NCBI GenBank assembly: GCA_963836185.1
Contig: CAWIIQ010000001.1
Span: 800,001 to 864,000, forward strand
DNA from: Candidatus Krumholzibacteriia bacterium
Lineage (GTDB): Bacteria > Krumholzibacteriota > Krumholzibacteriia > Krumholzibacteriales > Krumholzibacteriaceae
Reading direction: 5' to 3'
DNA length: 64,000 nucleotides
Position 1 is the first letter of the stretch. Every line of letters begins with the position of its first letter. The position numbers and the translations under genes were made by a program. Of this stretch, positions 31,578 through 40,702 are shown piece by piece. The notes beneath the pieces were generated by a model that saw only the letters and a program-made list of their open reading frames with translations, was not told the DNA's origin and did not search any database.

Positions 31578-32027
31578 ATGACGAGGGAAGAGATAATCGC
31601 GGCAGTCTCGCCGTGCGGTATTGACTGCTCGCGGTGCATCGCGCTGGTCGGCGGTGATGCGAGGAAGCACGCCATCGCGCTCCAGGAGGTACTCGGCCCG
31701 TCGTTTGAAAAGTGGGCCGACAGGTTCACCGCATACGTGCCCGCCTTTGCGAAGTACAGGGATTTCAGGGAGGTCCTCGACCTTCTGGCCGGCGTCGACT
31801 GTATCGGATGCCGCAATCCGGCAGAGAAAGAGAAACCCTGCGGCATCATCAAGTGCTACAGGGAGAAGGGGGTCGACTTCTGCTTCGAGTGTGACGAGTT
31901 CCCCTGCGACGTGGAAGGGCTCGACGATGACCTCAAGGAGAGATGGAAAGCGACAGGCATGAAGATACGCGAGATCGGGCTCGAAGCCTGGTACGACGAT
32001 ATGATGAAGAGGCACCGCTACGAGTAG
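31578..32027 (+). CDS. DUF3795-family Cys-rich protein
   Basis: PCGIDCSRC, CIGCR, CGIIKC and FCFECDEFPC, with AGGAGG RBS. Confidence 0.85.
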   Translation: MTREEIIAAVSPCGIDCSRCIALVGGDARKHAIALQEVLGPSFEKWADRFTAYVPAFAKYRDFREVLDLLAGVDCIGCRNPAEKEKPCGIIKCYREKGVDFCFECDEFPCDVEGLDDDLKERWKATGMKIREIGLEAWYDDMMKRHRYE

Positions 32028-32033
32028 GGACGT

Positions 32034-33221
32034 ATGAACCGGGAGATACTTCACATAAACACAGATGATTTCTACGCCTCCGCGCTGAGGCTGAGGGATC
32101 CCGCGCTTCGTTCGAAGGCGGTCGTCGTCGCCGGGCCTGCCCCCCGGGGGATGGTGATATCCGCCTCATACGAAGCGCGGGCCGATGGGGTGCGCCGCGG
32201 TATGACCGTCTCGTCCGCGATGCGCCTCTGCCCGGGCGGCGTCTTCATGTCTCCCGACTGGGAGCTTTTCCGCTCCGTCTCAAGCTCGATCTTCTCGGTG
32301 ATAGGAAAATACAGCCCCCTCGTCGAGTCGGTATCCCTCGACGAGGGGTATGCCGACTACACCGGATGCGACCGGCTCTTCGGGCACGCGCTCGACGCGG
32401 GCAAGGCGATAAAACGAGAGGTGCGTACCGAGACGGGCCTCGACGTATCGCTCGGGATCGCATCGAGCAAGCTCGTCAGCCATGTCGCCTCTCGCGAGGC
32501 GAAGCGGGCGCACATGGTCGATGTCTATCCCGGGTGCGAGCGGTACTTTCTGTCGCCGGTGCCTATCGAGCGTTTTCCGATAGTAAGCGAGCGGCACGTC
32601 CCCATACTGCGTGAACTTGGTATAGCAAACGTCGGGGACGTGCTGCGTTTCGACGAAAAGCTGCTCGTCTTCTGCTTCGGGTCGTGGGGGAGAAAGCTCC
32701 ATCTCGGCGCGAAGGGGATGGACGCCGCGAGGGTGCGGGCCGGGGCTGTGGGCGACGGGGAGTTTACAGTAAAGAAGGTGCTCGAGCCCGACGCCGTCGA
32801 CCGCCGTCTTCTCGAATCGTATATCTACGTACTCGCCGAGGAACTCGGGGGGAAACTGCGGACCGAGCGCTCGCTCGCGAGGTCGCTGCGCCTCGAGCTG
32901 CGTTACGCCGACGAGGTTGTCGCGCACGGGCAGATGAGGCCGGCGGCGCCTACATCGGACGACGCGATCCTCTTCGACTCCGCCGGCATGCTCTTCGACC
33001 GTCTCTTCGGGCGAAGGGTCAGGCTGCGGGGTGTGAGCCTCACGGCCCTGTCGGTGGAACCGGAGCCTCTGCAGCTCGATCTCTTTCCCGGACCGCGGGA
33101 GCGGACCGCGATGAAGGCGCGCCGGGTGCAGACGGCTCTCGACAGTCTCAGGGCCGCGATGCCTTCGGGCGTGGCGCCGTCGTTCGGCAGGGCGCTTGCC
33201 GCGAGACGCGCCGCTTCATAG
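32034..33221 (+). CDS. Y-family DNA polymerase (DinB/ImuB-like), first catalytic Asp replaced by Asn
   Basis: HINTDDFYAS (cf. HVDMDxFYAS), SASYEAR..GV..GM, SLDE, and a QLDLF clamp-binding motif near the C-terminus. Confidence 0.88.
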   Translation: MNREILHINTDDFYASALRLRDPALRSKAVVVAGPAPRGMVISASYEARADGVRRGMTVSSAMRLCPGGVFMSPDWELFRSVSSSIFSVIGKYSPLVESVSLDEGYADYTGCDRLFGHALDAGKAIKREVRTETGLDVSLGIASSKLVSHVASREAKRAHMVDVYPGCERYFLSPVPIERFPIVSERHVPILRELGIANVGDVLRFDEKLLVFCFGSWGRKLHLGAKGMDAARVRAGAVGDGEFTVKKVLEPDAVDRRLLESYIYVLAEELGGKLRTERSLARSLRLELRYADEVVAHGQMRPAAPTSDDAILFDSAGMLFDRLFGRRVRLRGVSLTALSVEPEPLQLDLFPGPRERTAMKARRVQTALDSLRAAMPSGVAPSFGRALAARRAAS

Positions 33222-33274
33222 GGATTCACGTAAATAGAGGAAAGGAACGCCGTGATGACCGCGTGCGGGTACGG

Positions 33275-33802
33275 TTACCACTTCACCTTGATGATGACTA
33301 CGGATACGGCCATGGTCGCCAGCGCCACACCGCCGATGGCCGCGTGTGTGGAGTTGACGTCATCGTCGTCTTCGCCTTCGTCGTCATCTTCGCCGCCCGT
33401 TCCGGCAAGGACGCAGGCGGTGATAAACCCCACTGCCGCGAGCCCGCCGAGGATCGCGTGCCCGTCGAGGCGCGAGATGCCGTCGCTCAGATCGACGGTC
33501 CGGCGGTACTTGATCACCCCGGTCGTGAGGGCCGCCGTACCGAGTATGGCGGCGCCCCAGGAGGACGCGCAGTGCAGGTCCTCGCTCGAGCTCGATAAGG
33601 CGGCGACAGTTCCGAGGGCGATGGCGCCGTATCCGAGCCACTTGTGGGCCGAGCGCATGTTCACGCTCGATGAGCTGCCCGCGGCCGGGGATACAGGCGT
33701 AGTGAGCGGCGAGTCGTCAGCTGCCGCCGCGGCCGGACACAGGATGAATATGGCGTATGAGCAGAGGATGATCAGAGATAACGGTCTTATGCGGCCTGTC
33801 AA
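33275..33802 (-). CDS. Exported four-helix membrane protein with one His per helix
   Basis: AGGAGG-N7-TTG start and signal peptide. Helices starting HKWLG, HCASSWG, HAILGG and HAAIGG, with an acidic loop. Confidence 0.7.
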   Translation of the reverse strand: MTGRIRPLSLIILCSYAIFILCPAAAAADDSPLTTPVSPAAGSSSSVNMRSAHKWLGYGAIALGTVAALSSSSEDLHCASSWGAAILGTAALTTGVIKYRRTVDLSDGISRLDGHAILGGLAAVGFITACVLAGTGGEDDDEGEDDDDVNSTHAAIGGVALATMAVSVVIIKVKW

Positions 33803-33895
33803 GGCGGCGCCTCCTGTCGGGTTGATTCCCTTCGCTCGAATATACCACGGAATCGCGGCGAGGCGCACCATCTATCGGCGCGGGAAGGAGTCTCC

Positions 33896-36800
33896 GTGAT
33901 CAGGCCCGCCCGGGATACCGGCAGCTTTGCTCACCTGCATGTCCATTCGAACTTCTCGATGCTCGCCGGGACGAGAAGGGTGGAGGATCTAGCCGCGGCT
34001 GCTGTCGCCTGCGGGATGGACTCACTCGCTCTTACCGATACCGATGCGATGCATGCCGTCGTCCCTTTCGCCGAGGCGTGCTCGAAGCTCGGGATCCGGC
34101 CGATCTACGGGGCGCAGCTTACAGGTGAGGACGGGCCGACATTCCTGCGCGCGGTCCTGCTCGCCCGCAATCGCGCGGGGTACTCGGAGATCTCAAAACT
34201 GGTCACCAGGCGCAGGCTCGAGGAGGATTTCGATTTCGGGGAGGCGCTGGCAGGCGTATCGGATAACATCTACGTGCTCGTATCGCACAAGCTGCTGCTC
34301 ACAAGGTTTCGGCACCTGCCCAACCTTCGCGCCGCCCTTCCGGTCGCGTCGGGGATGGAGCGTGACCGCGAACGCTGGAAGATCGCCGACGCGGCGCAAA
34401 AACTCGGGGTCGAGACGGTAGCCGCCGGGGGGATCTGGTTTCTCGAAGAGAAGGAGCACCTGATCCACCGGGTCCTTACAGCCATCCGGACACGCACTAC
34501 TGTCGGGACCCTGCCCCGCGGGGAGGCGGCGCCGCGCGACGCGTTCTTTCGTACGCCGGAGAGTGTGATGAGGGTCTTCGAGGGGAACAGGGGGCCGGTC
34601 GCGGAGGCGGCACGTATCGCGGCCGACTGCCGCGTCGATCTCGACCTCGGCCGCCGCAGGCTCCCCCGATTTCTGCTTCCGCCGGGAGAGGAGGCCCCGG
34701 CGGCGCTTCGGCGCATAGCTCTTCGAGGTCTGCGCGAGAGGATGGGTGACGGTTGCCCGCAGGGCGAGAAGCGGGCGGCGATGGAGAAGATCGATCATGA
34801 GCTCTCCGTCATCGAGGACAAGGGACTGGCGGGGTACTTTCTCATATGCTGGGACATCGTACGGTTTGCCCGCTCACGCGGGATCCGCACCCTCGGGCGC
34901 GGGTCCGCGGGCAATTCGCTCGTCTCGTACGCCCTCGGCATCACCCATTTCAATCCGCTCCGCCACAACATGTTCTTCGAGCGGTTTCTCAATCCGGAGC
35001 GGGAGCACCTTCCCGATTTCGACCTCGATTTCGGGACCGACGACCGCGAGATCATCCTCAAGTACATATTTCGTCGTTACGGGAAGGACCATGTCGCGAT
35101 GATCGGCACCTTCAGCACCCTTCGCGCGCGCTCGGCGCTTCGAGAGACGGCGAAGGCGCTTGGGGTACCGGAGGGAGAGATACGGCAGTTCATAAGGGCG
35201 ATCCCCTTCTACGCCTCGATAGACAGGCTCGATCATCTCGCCAGGGTATCGCCGCGGGCGGAGGGACTGCCTGTCGACAAGGAACCTTTCCGGACACTTA
35301 TCGCGATAGCCCGCAGGATCGGCGGTTTTCCGCGCCACATGGCGACTCATCCATGCGGGCTCGTCGTATCGCCAGAGCCGATCACAGGGATGATTCCGAT
35401 GCAGCGCGGCGACAAGGGGTACGAGATAACGCAGTGGTCGATGTACGAGGTCGAGGAGGCGGGGCTCGTGAAGATCGACATCATCGGGCAGAAGGGTCTC
35501 GCCGTGATCGGCGAGGCGTGCGCGATGGCCGGGGAGAACGAGGGGAGGCCGCTTCATCCCGAGCGGATCGACTATCTCGGCGACGAGAAGACGAAGAAGC
35601 TGCTGCGGACGGGGAGGACAGAGGGGTGCTTCTACATCGAGTCGCCGATCATGATGCAGCTTATGAGCCAGGCGAGGTGCGACGACTTCGAGGTGCTAAC
35701 CGCGCTCTCTTCGATAATCCGGCCCGGTGTCTCGAGCCATGGCGGGAAACGCAGCTACCTGCACCGCGCCCTCGGGCTCGAGGAGGTACCTGCCATGCAC
35801 CCGGCCGTCGCCGACGTGCTGCGCGAGACATACGGCTGCCTCATATACCAGGAACAGGTGATACGGCTCGCCGTCGCGATCGCCGGGATGAGCTACGGCG
35901 AGGCCGACGGGCTGCGGCGCTGCATGTCGTTTAAGAATATCGACGGGGAGACGATGGAGAGCTACCGCGAGGCATTCCTGCAAGGGGCGAGGGGGCGCGG
36001 GATCCCCGATGAGACCGCTGAGGATGTATTCCGGAAGATCGCGGCCTTTGCCGGCTACGCCTTCTGCAAGGCGCACTCGGCATCATTCGCCCTCGAATCG
36101 TTCGAGAGCGCCTGGTGGAAGACGCATTACCCCGCCGAGTTCATGGCGGCGGTCCTCTCCAACGGCGGGGGATATTACGGGTACGAGGAATACCTCGAGG
36201 AGGCGCGGCGGATGGGACTCGAGCTCCTGCCGCCCTGCGTCAATGAAAGCGGGGTGCGCCATCACGGCCGCGGGCGGCAGCTGCGCGTCGGGCTGATGCA
36301 GGTCAAGGGGTTGGCCTCGGCGACGATAGAGATGATCGTCGAGGAGCGGCCCTTTTCCTCACTGTCTGATTTTATCGAGAGGGTGCCCTCCTCGCAGAGG
36401 GAGATAGAGTCGCTCGTAAGGTGCGGGGCGTTCGCCTGCTTCGGGCGTACGAGGCCCGAGCTGATGTGGGAGCTTCGCGTGATGAAAGCAGCGGACGAGG
36501 AGACTGAGAGCGATGTCCCGTTGATTCTCGGCCTTGTCCCCGAGATCCCCGACTTCGATCTTCGCCGCAAACTCGAGGCGGAGCGTGAGACGCTCGACAT
36601 GTGCGTCGCGGCCCATCCACTCACGATGTTCGAGAAAGCGCTCGGCGATCTTGCCGCCCGGGTGGACCTGACCAGTTCGGTGGACCTGCACGACTACGAC
36701 GGGAGCGAGGTCGACCTGGTCGGATGGAGGGTGACGGCTAAGGCGACGCGCACGAGCGATCGTGGGGAGGAGATGATCTTCGTGACCTTCTCCGACCGTT

Positions 36801-36967
36801 CAGGACGATTCGAGGCTATTTTCTTCCCGAAGGTCTATCGGCGCGTCGCCCGCGAGCTTTTCCGGGCCCGCGGCCCCTACCATATCCGCGGGCGGGTCGA
36901 CAGCGACCTCGGAGCGGTGAGTGTCATCGCGGAAGAAGCGGAGTTGCTCGCGCATGAGGATGGATGA
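33896..36967 (+). CDS. dnaE2: Error-prone DNA polymerase III alpha (DnaE2-like)
   Basis: HLHVHSNFS, GRGSAGNS, FERFLN, PDFDLDF, HPCG, KIDIIG, YAFCKAH and OB fold. Degenerate PHP ligands (TDTD, GAQ, AAGGIWF). Context with lexA and a Y-family polymerase. Confidence 0.88.
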   Translation: MIRPARDTGSFAHLHVHSNFSMLAGTRRVEDLAAAAVACGMDSLALTDTDAMHAVVPFAEACSKLGIRPIYGAQLTGEDGPTFLRAVLLARNRAGYSEISKLVTRRRLEEDFDFGEALAGVSDNIYVLVSHKLLLTRFRHLPNLRAALPVASGMERDRERWKIADAAQKLGVETVAAGGIWFLEEKEHLIHRVLTAIRTRTTVGTLPRGEAAPRDAFFRTPESVMRVFEGNRGPVAEAARIAADCRVDLDLGRRRLPRFLLPPGEEAPAALRRIALRGLRERMGDGCPQGEKRAAMEKIDHELSVIEDKGLAGYFLICWDIVRFARSRGIRTLGRGSAGNSLVSYALGITHFNPLRHNMFFERFLNPEREHLPDFDLDFGTDDREIILKYIFRRYGKDHVAMIGTFSTLRARSALRETAKALGVPEGEIRQFIRAIPFYASIDRLDHLARVSPRAEGLPVDKEPFRTLIAIARRIGGFPRHMATHPCGLVVSPEPITGMIPMQRGDKGYEITQWSMYEVEEAGLVKIDIIGQKGLAVIGEACAMAGENEGRPLHPERIDYLGDEKTKKLLRTGRTEGCFYIESPIMMQLMSQARCDDFEVLTALSSIIRPGVSSHGGKRSYLHRALGLEEVPAMHPAVADVLRETYGCLIYQEQVIRLAVAIAGMSYGEADGLRRCMSFKNIDGETMESYREAFLQGARGRGIPDETAEDVFRKIAAFAGYAFCKAHSASFALESFESAWWKTHYPAEFMAAVLSNGGGYYGYEEYLEEARRMGLELLPPCVNESGVRHHGRGRQLRVGLMQVKGLASATIEMIVEERPFSSLSDFIERVPSSQREIESLVRCGAFACFGRTRPELMWELRVMKAADEETESDVPLILGLVPEIPDFDLRRKLEAERETLDMCVAAHPLTMFEKALGDLAARVDLTSSVDLHDYDGSEVDLVGWRVTAKATRTSDRGEEMIFVTFSDRSGRFEAIFFPKVYRRVARELFRARGPYHIRGRVDSDLGAVSVIAEEAELLAHEDG

Positions 36968-37018
36968 AAGCGCTTTACATCAGGGGTTATACTGATTACA
37001 CTTCCCCGGATCTCAGTT

Positions 37019-37034
37019 TGTGAAGTTTGTCGCA
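37019..37034. promoter_or_regulatory. CRP/FNR-family-like binding site
   Basis: TGTGA-AGTTTG-TCGCA-TTT matches TGTGA-N6-TCACA at 9 of 10 positions, ~105 bp upstream of the glycan locus. Confidence 0.4.
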
Positions 37035-37139
37035 TTTCGCCGATAACTGGCTGATTGCCTTATATTTAGGCGTGAATCTTGCATCATAATCTCCTTAATT
37101 CTGCACTTAAATCATTGAGATAGCTGGAATTGACGCGCA

Positions 37140-38159
37140 ATGAAGAGAATCTGGATAGACTTGGACAACTCTCCCCACGTTCCCCTGTTCCGTCCGGTGA
37201 TCGAGGAACTGGGCAGACGGGGCGTCGAGTGTGTGATAACGGCGAGGGATTTTGCCCAGACGGCGCGCCTTCTTGAATTCTGGGGAATTCCACACACGGT
37301 GATCGGAAAACATGGGGGAAAAAACAAGGTCGGGAAGGTCGTCAACCTCTTTGAGCGGTCCGGGCAGCTAAGAAAGTATATCAGGGGCAGGTCGGTAGAT
37401 CTCGCCCTGAGTCACGGGTCAAGGACACAGCTTGTCGCCGCGAAGCTCATGGGAATAGAGTCGATCCTGATGATGGATTACGAGTATACCGAAGCGACGA
37501 TATTCAAGCTCTTCTCGAACCACATCCTCATCCCTGAATATATCCCCGATTCGAGGCTCAGATCGGTGAAGATCGACCTGAAGAAGGTGGTCAGGTATCC
37601 GGGGTTCAAGGAACAGCTGTATCTGAACGATTTTATCCCGGAACCCGGGTTCAAGAGCCAGCTGGGAATCGGAGACGAGAAGCTCCTCGTTACCATAAGG
37701 CCCCCCGCGATGGAAGGGAACTACCACGATTCGATGAGCGAGAAGATCCTGATCGAGATACTCGAGAGGCTGACAGCCGTCGATAACGCATATCCCCTGA
37801 TAGTCGGCAGGACGCAAAAGGACAAGGATTTTCTCGAGGAGAATTTTGACGGGAAGATCCATTTTCTCGAAAGAGCTGTCGACGGTCTCCAGTTGATATG
37901 GAGCTCCGATATCTTCATCAGCGGCGGTGGCAGCATGAATCGCGAGGCCGCTCTTCTCGGCGTACCCACCTACAGCATTTTCACGGGCAGGAAACCTTAC
38001 CTCGACGAGTATCTCTCCGGGAAGGGGAAATTGACTTTTATCGACACCATGGAAAAGGTCGACCTTCTTGAAATCAGGAAAAGGGTCATTCTCGGAGGTT
38101 TCACGGGCGGGAACGCCGGGCTGGTGGACAAGGTAGTCGATATAATCCTATCCATCTGA
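37140..38159 (+). CDS. DUF354-family GT-B-fold protein
   Basis: IWIDLDNSPHV, ITARD, IGKHGG, SHGS and SGGGSMNREAALLGVP. Confidence 0.88.
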   Translation: MKRIWIDLDNSPHVPLFRPVIEELGRRGVECVITARDFAQTARLLEFWGIPHTVIGKHGGKNKVGKVVNLFERSGQLRKYIRGRSVDLALSHGSRTQLVAAKLMGIESILMMDYEYTEATIFKLFSNHILIPEYIPDSRLRSVKIDLKKVVRYPGFKEQLYLNDFIPEPGFKSQLGIGDEKLLVTIRPPAMEGNYHDSMSEKILIEILERLTAVDNAYPLIVGRTQKDKDFLEENFDGKIHFLERAVDGLQLIWSSDIFISGGGSMNREAALLGVPTYSIFTGRKPYLDEYLSGKGKLTFIDTMEKVDLLEIRKRVILGGFTGGNAGLVDKVVDIILSI

Positions 38160-38181
38160 TCCATAGCCGCGGGAATATGAT

Positions 38182-39319
38182 ATGGACCTGAAGCAAGTAA
38201 CCGATGATCACTACGGGGCCTTGAAGCGTGCCGGTTTCAGGGGATTCGACGTTTATGACGGCCTCAGCAGCCGTATTTTCAGGAAGACCCCGTGTTTCAG
38301 GTCGAAAAAGATGCGCCTGGTGTGGATCCAGCTCTTCAAGAGGTCCCCGGTCAATTTTCGCCCATTGGCGATGGTGCCTCGCGGCATGAATCCCAAAGGG
38401 CTCGCGCTTATCATCCGCGGGCTCGTGAATCAGTACAGACATGAAAACGACAAGAAATACCTCGACGACGCGTATCCTACTGGCCGAATCGATAATCTCC
38501 CAGCGAGCGATGGACAGGGAATACTTCTGCATCGGCTATGATTTTTTCTGGGAGGCGCGGGCCTTCTCGGTCCCGGAGTTTACGCCGAACATGATCGTCT
38601 CGTCTTTTGCAGGGCAGGCTTTTCTCGATCTGTACGAGATAGACGGCGACAGCAGAGTGGCTCGGCTATGCTCTCGGCATCGCCGAATTCATCGAGAAGG
38701 AACTGCTGCTCCGCGAGTCGGAAGGCGAGGCCGTCTTCGGGTACATCCCCGGCGAGAAGGCGGTCGTACATAACGTCAACCTTCTGGCCGCCGCATACTT
38801 CGCGAGGCTGTCCATTCATTCCGGTGAAGAAAAGCATAAAAGTTACGCTTCACGTGCCGCTGCGTTTACGGTCAAAGCACAGAGGGCCGACGGAGCCTGG
38901 CCCTACGGCGAGGAGCAGTATCACCGCTGGATCGACAACTTCCATACAGGGTTCAACCTGACGGCTCTCGACACTGTGAGAAAAAGTCTCTCAACCGACA
39001 CATATGACGCGAGCATCGAGCGTGGGCTTGGATATCACTTGAGGAACCATTTCCTCGAAGACATGACACCGAAGTACTACGACACCGGGCTGTACCCGGT
39101 CGATATACATAACTTCGCCCAGGGGATCGATACCTTTGTCACTTTCGTTTTCACGAGAGGGCCAGGAAGCTTCTCGAACGGGCCATGGAAATGATGTGGG
39201 ACGACAGGAAACATTATTTTTACTATCAGAAGAAGAGATGGTACAAGAACAGGATAAACTATCTGCGCTGGAGCCAGGCCTGGATGTTCTACGCCCTGAC
39301 GAGGATTCAGGATAAGTGA
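38182..39319 (+). CDS. Conserved glycan-locus alpha/alpha-toroid-like protein of unknown function (3 frameshifts)
   Basis: Reconstructed motifs GFDVYDGL, NPKGLAL, HNVN, QRADGAWPYGE, WIDNFHTG, PKYY, YPVDIH and YLRWSQAWM. Confidence 0.72.
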
Positions 39320-40700
39320 TGGAAGCACTGAGCAGAATATACGAGCGTTCGCCGAGATTCTTGAGGAAGCCTGTACGTCAACGTGTTCGGGATGAGGAAC
39401 GTCCCGAGGTTCAGGCGATGGGAGAAGCTGCTCGACAGTATCGAATATACCGAGACGATGGACAGACAGGCCCAGATAGAGTTTGTAGAGAAACAACTGA
39501 AAGAGACGATAAGGCACGCAGTAGAAAAGGTGCCGTTCTATAGGAAATTCGCCTCACTGGCCCCAGAACTCGAAAGTAGAAGTGCCTTCGATGTCCTGAA
39601 GGAATTCCCCGTTATTGACAAGGATGGCGATTATTGGCGATCCGTCAGCCTTCTACGCTGATGATCACGGCGAATATGTCATCTCGAAAACATCAGGCAC
39701 GACAGGCACGCCGCTATCGGTCCGCATGGATCCGTACACATTCATTCTCGGCGACGCACTGTGGTGGAGGCGCACCAGGTGGAACGGTTACGAGGATGGC
39801 GACTGGATAGCGAGGCTCGTCGGCGATCCGATAATACCGCTGCGGATCAGCGCGCCGAAGAAACCATGGATGATCTCGAACTTCGACAGGAGGATCTACC
39901 TGTCGACGTTCCATCTCAGTGCTGATACAGCGGTCAGGATCGGGGAACTGCTGAACAGAAAGAAGCCGGCATATATCATGGGATACCCGTCCTCTCTCGA
40001 GATACTGTGTAATTATCTTGATGAAAGCGGGTATAGGGCCGCGTGGAAACCTAAGAATGTCATCTTTTCCAGTGAACCTATGTACGATCATCAGGACAGG
40101 ATAATACGGAAGGTATTCGGCACGGAGATAAGGGGACTGTACGGGTCGGGCGAGAGGATGGTCTCTGCCGCGCAGTGTCCCCACGGGACCTATCATCTTT
40201 CCCTCGTGGACGGCTTCGTGGAAGGGCAGTTCGGGATCATGGAGAATATAAGGCCGGCCTCGGTGACGGCCCTGACAAACAGGATCATGCCACTGATACG
40301 CTATCAGCTCGGTGATGTCATCGAGATCGAGCAGGACGCAGCCTGCCCCTGCGGCAGGACGCTTCCCGTGATGTCGCCTGTGATCACGAAGGATGAGGAC
40401 TGGATAATAACGCCGACAGGGAGGATGATATCCCCGAGCGCCGTCGTCTGGGCCTTCATTCACCAGGAGATCGACGGGATAACCAGCGGCCAGGTCGTTC
40501 AGCAGGACGCGGAGAATGTGACTGTATACCTCAATACGAGAGAAGAAAATTATTTGAAGTATAAAGATGTACTGCATGAGTCGATGGACAAGGTATTCTT
40601 CAACGAGATGAAAGTCGAGGTCGTCAGGACAGACAGTGTCGACCTTATGGAATCAGGAAAATCGCGATTCATCGTAAACAAACTGAAAAAAAGGAATTGA
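39319..40700 (+). CDS. CapK/phenylacetate-CoA-ligase-family adenylating enzyme (2 frameshifts near 39370 and 39623)
   Basis: VPFYR, TSGTTGTP, GYPS, YGSGE, MPLIRYQLGD and SGKSRF. Confidence 0.85.
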
Positions 40701-40702
40701 GG

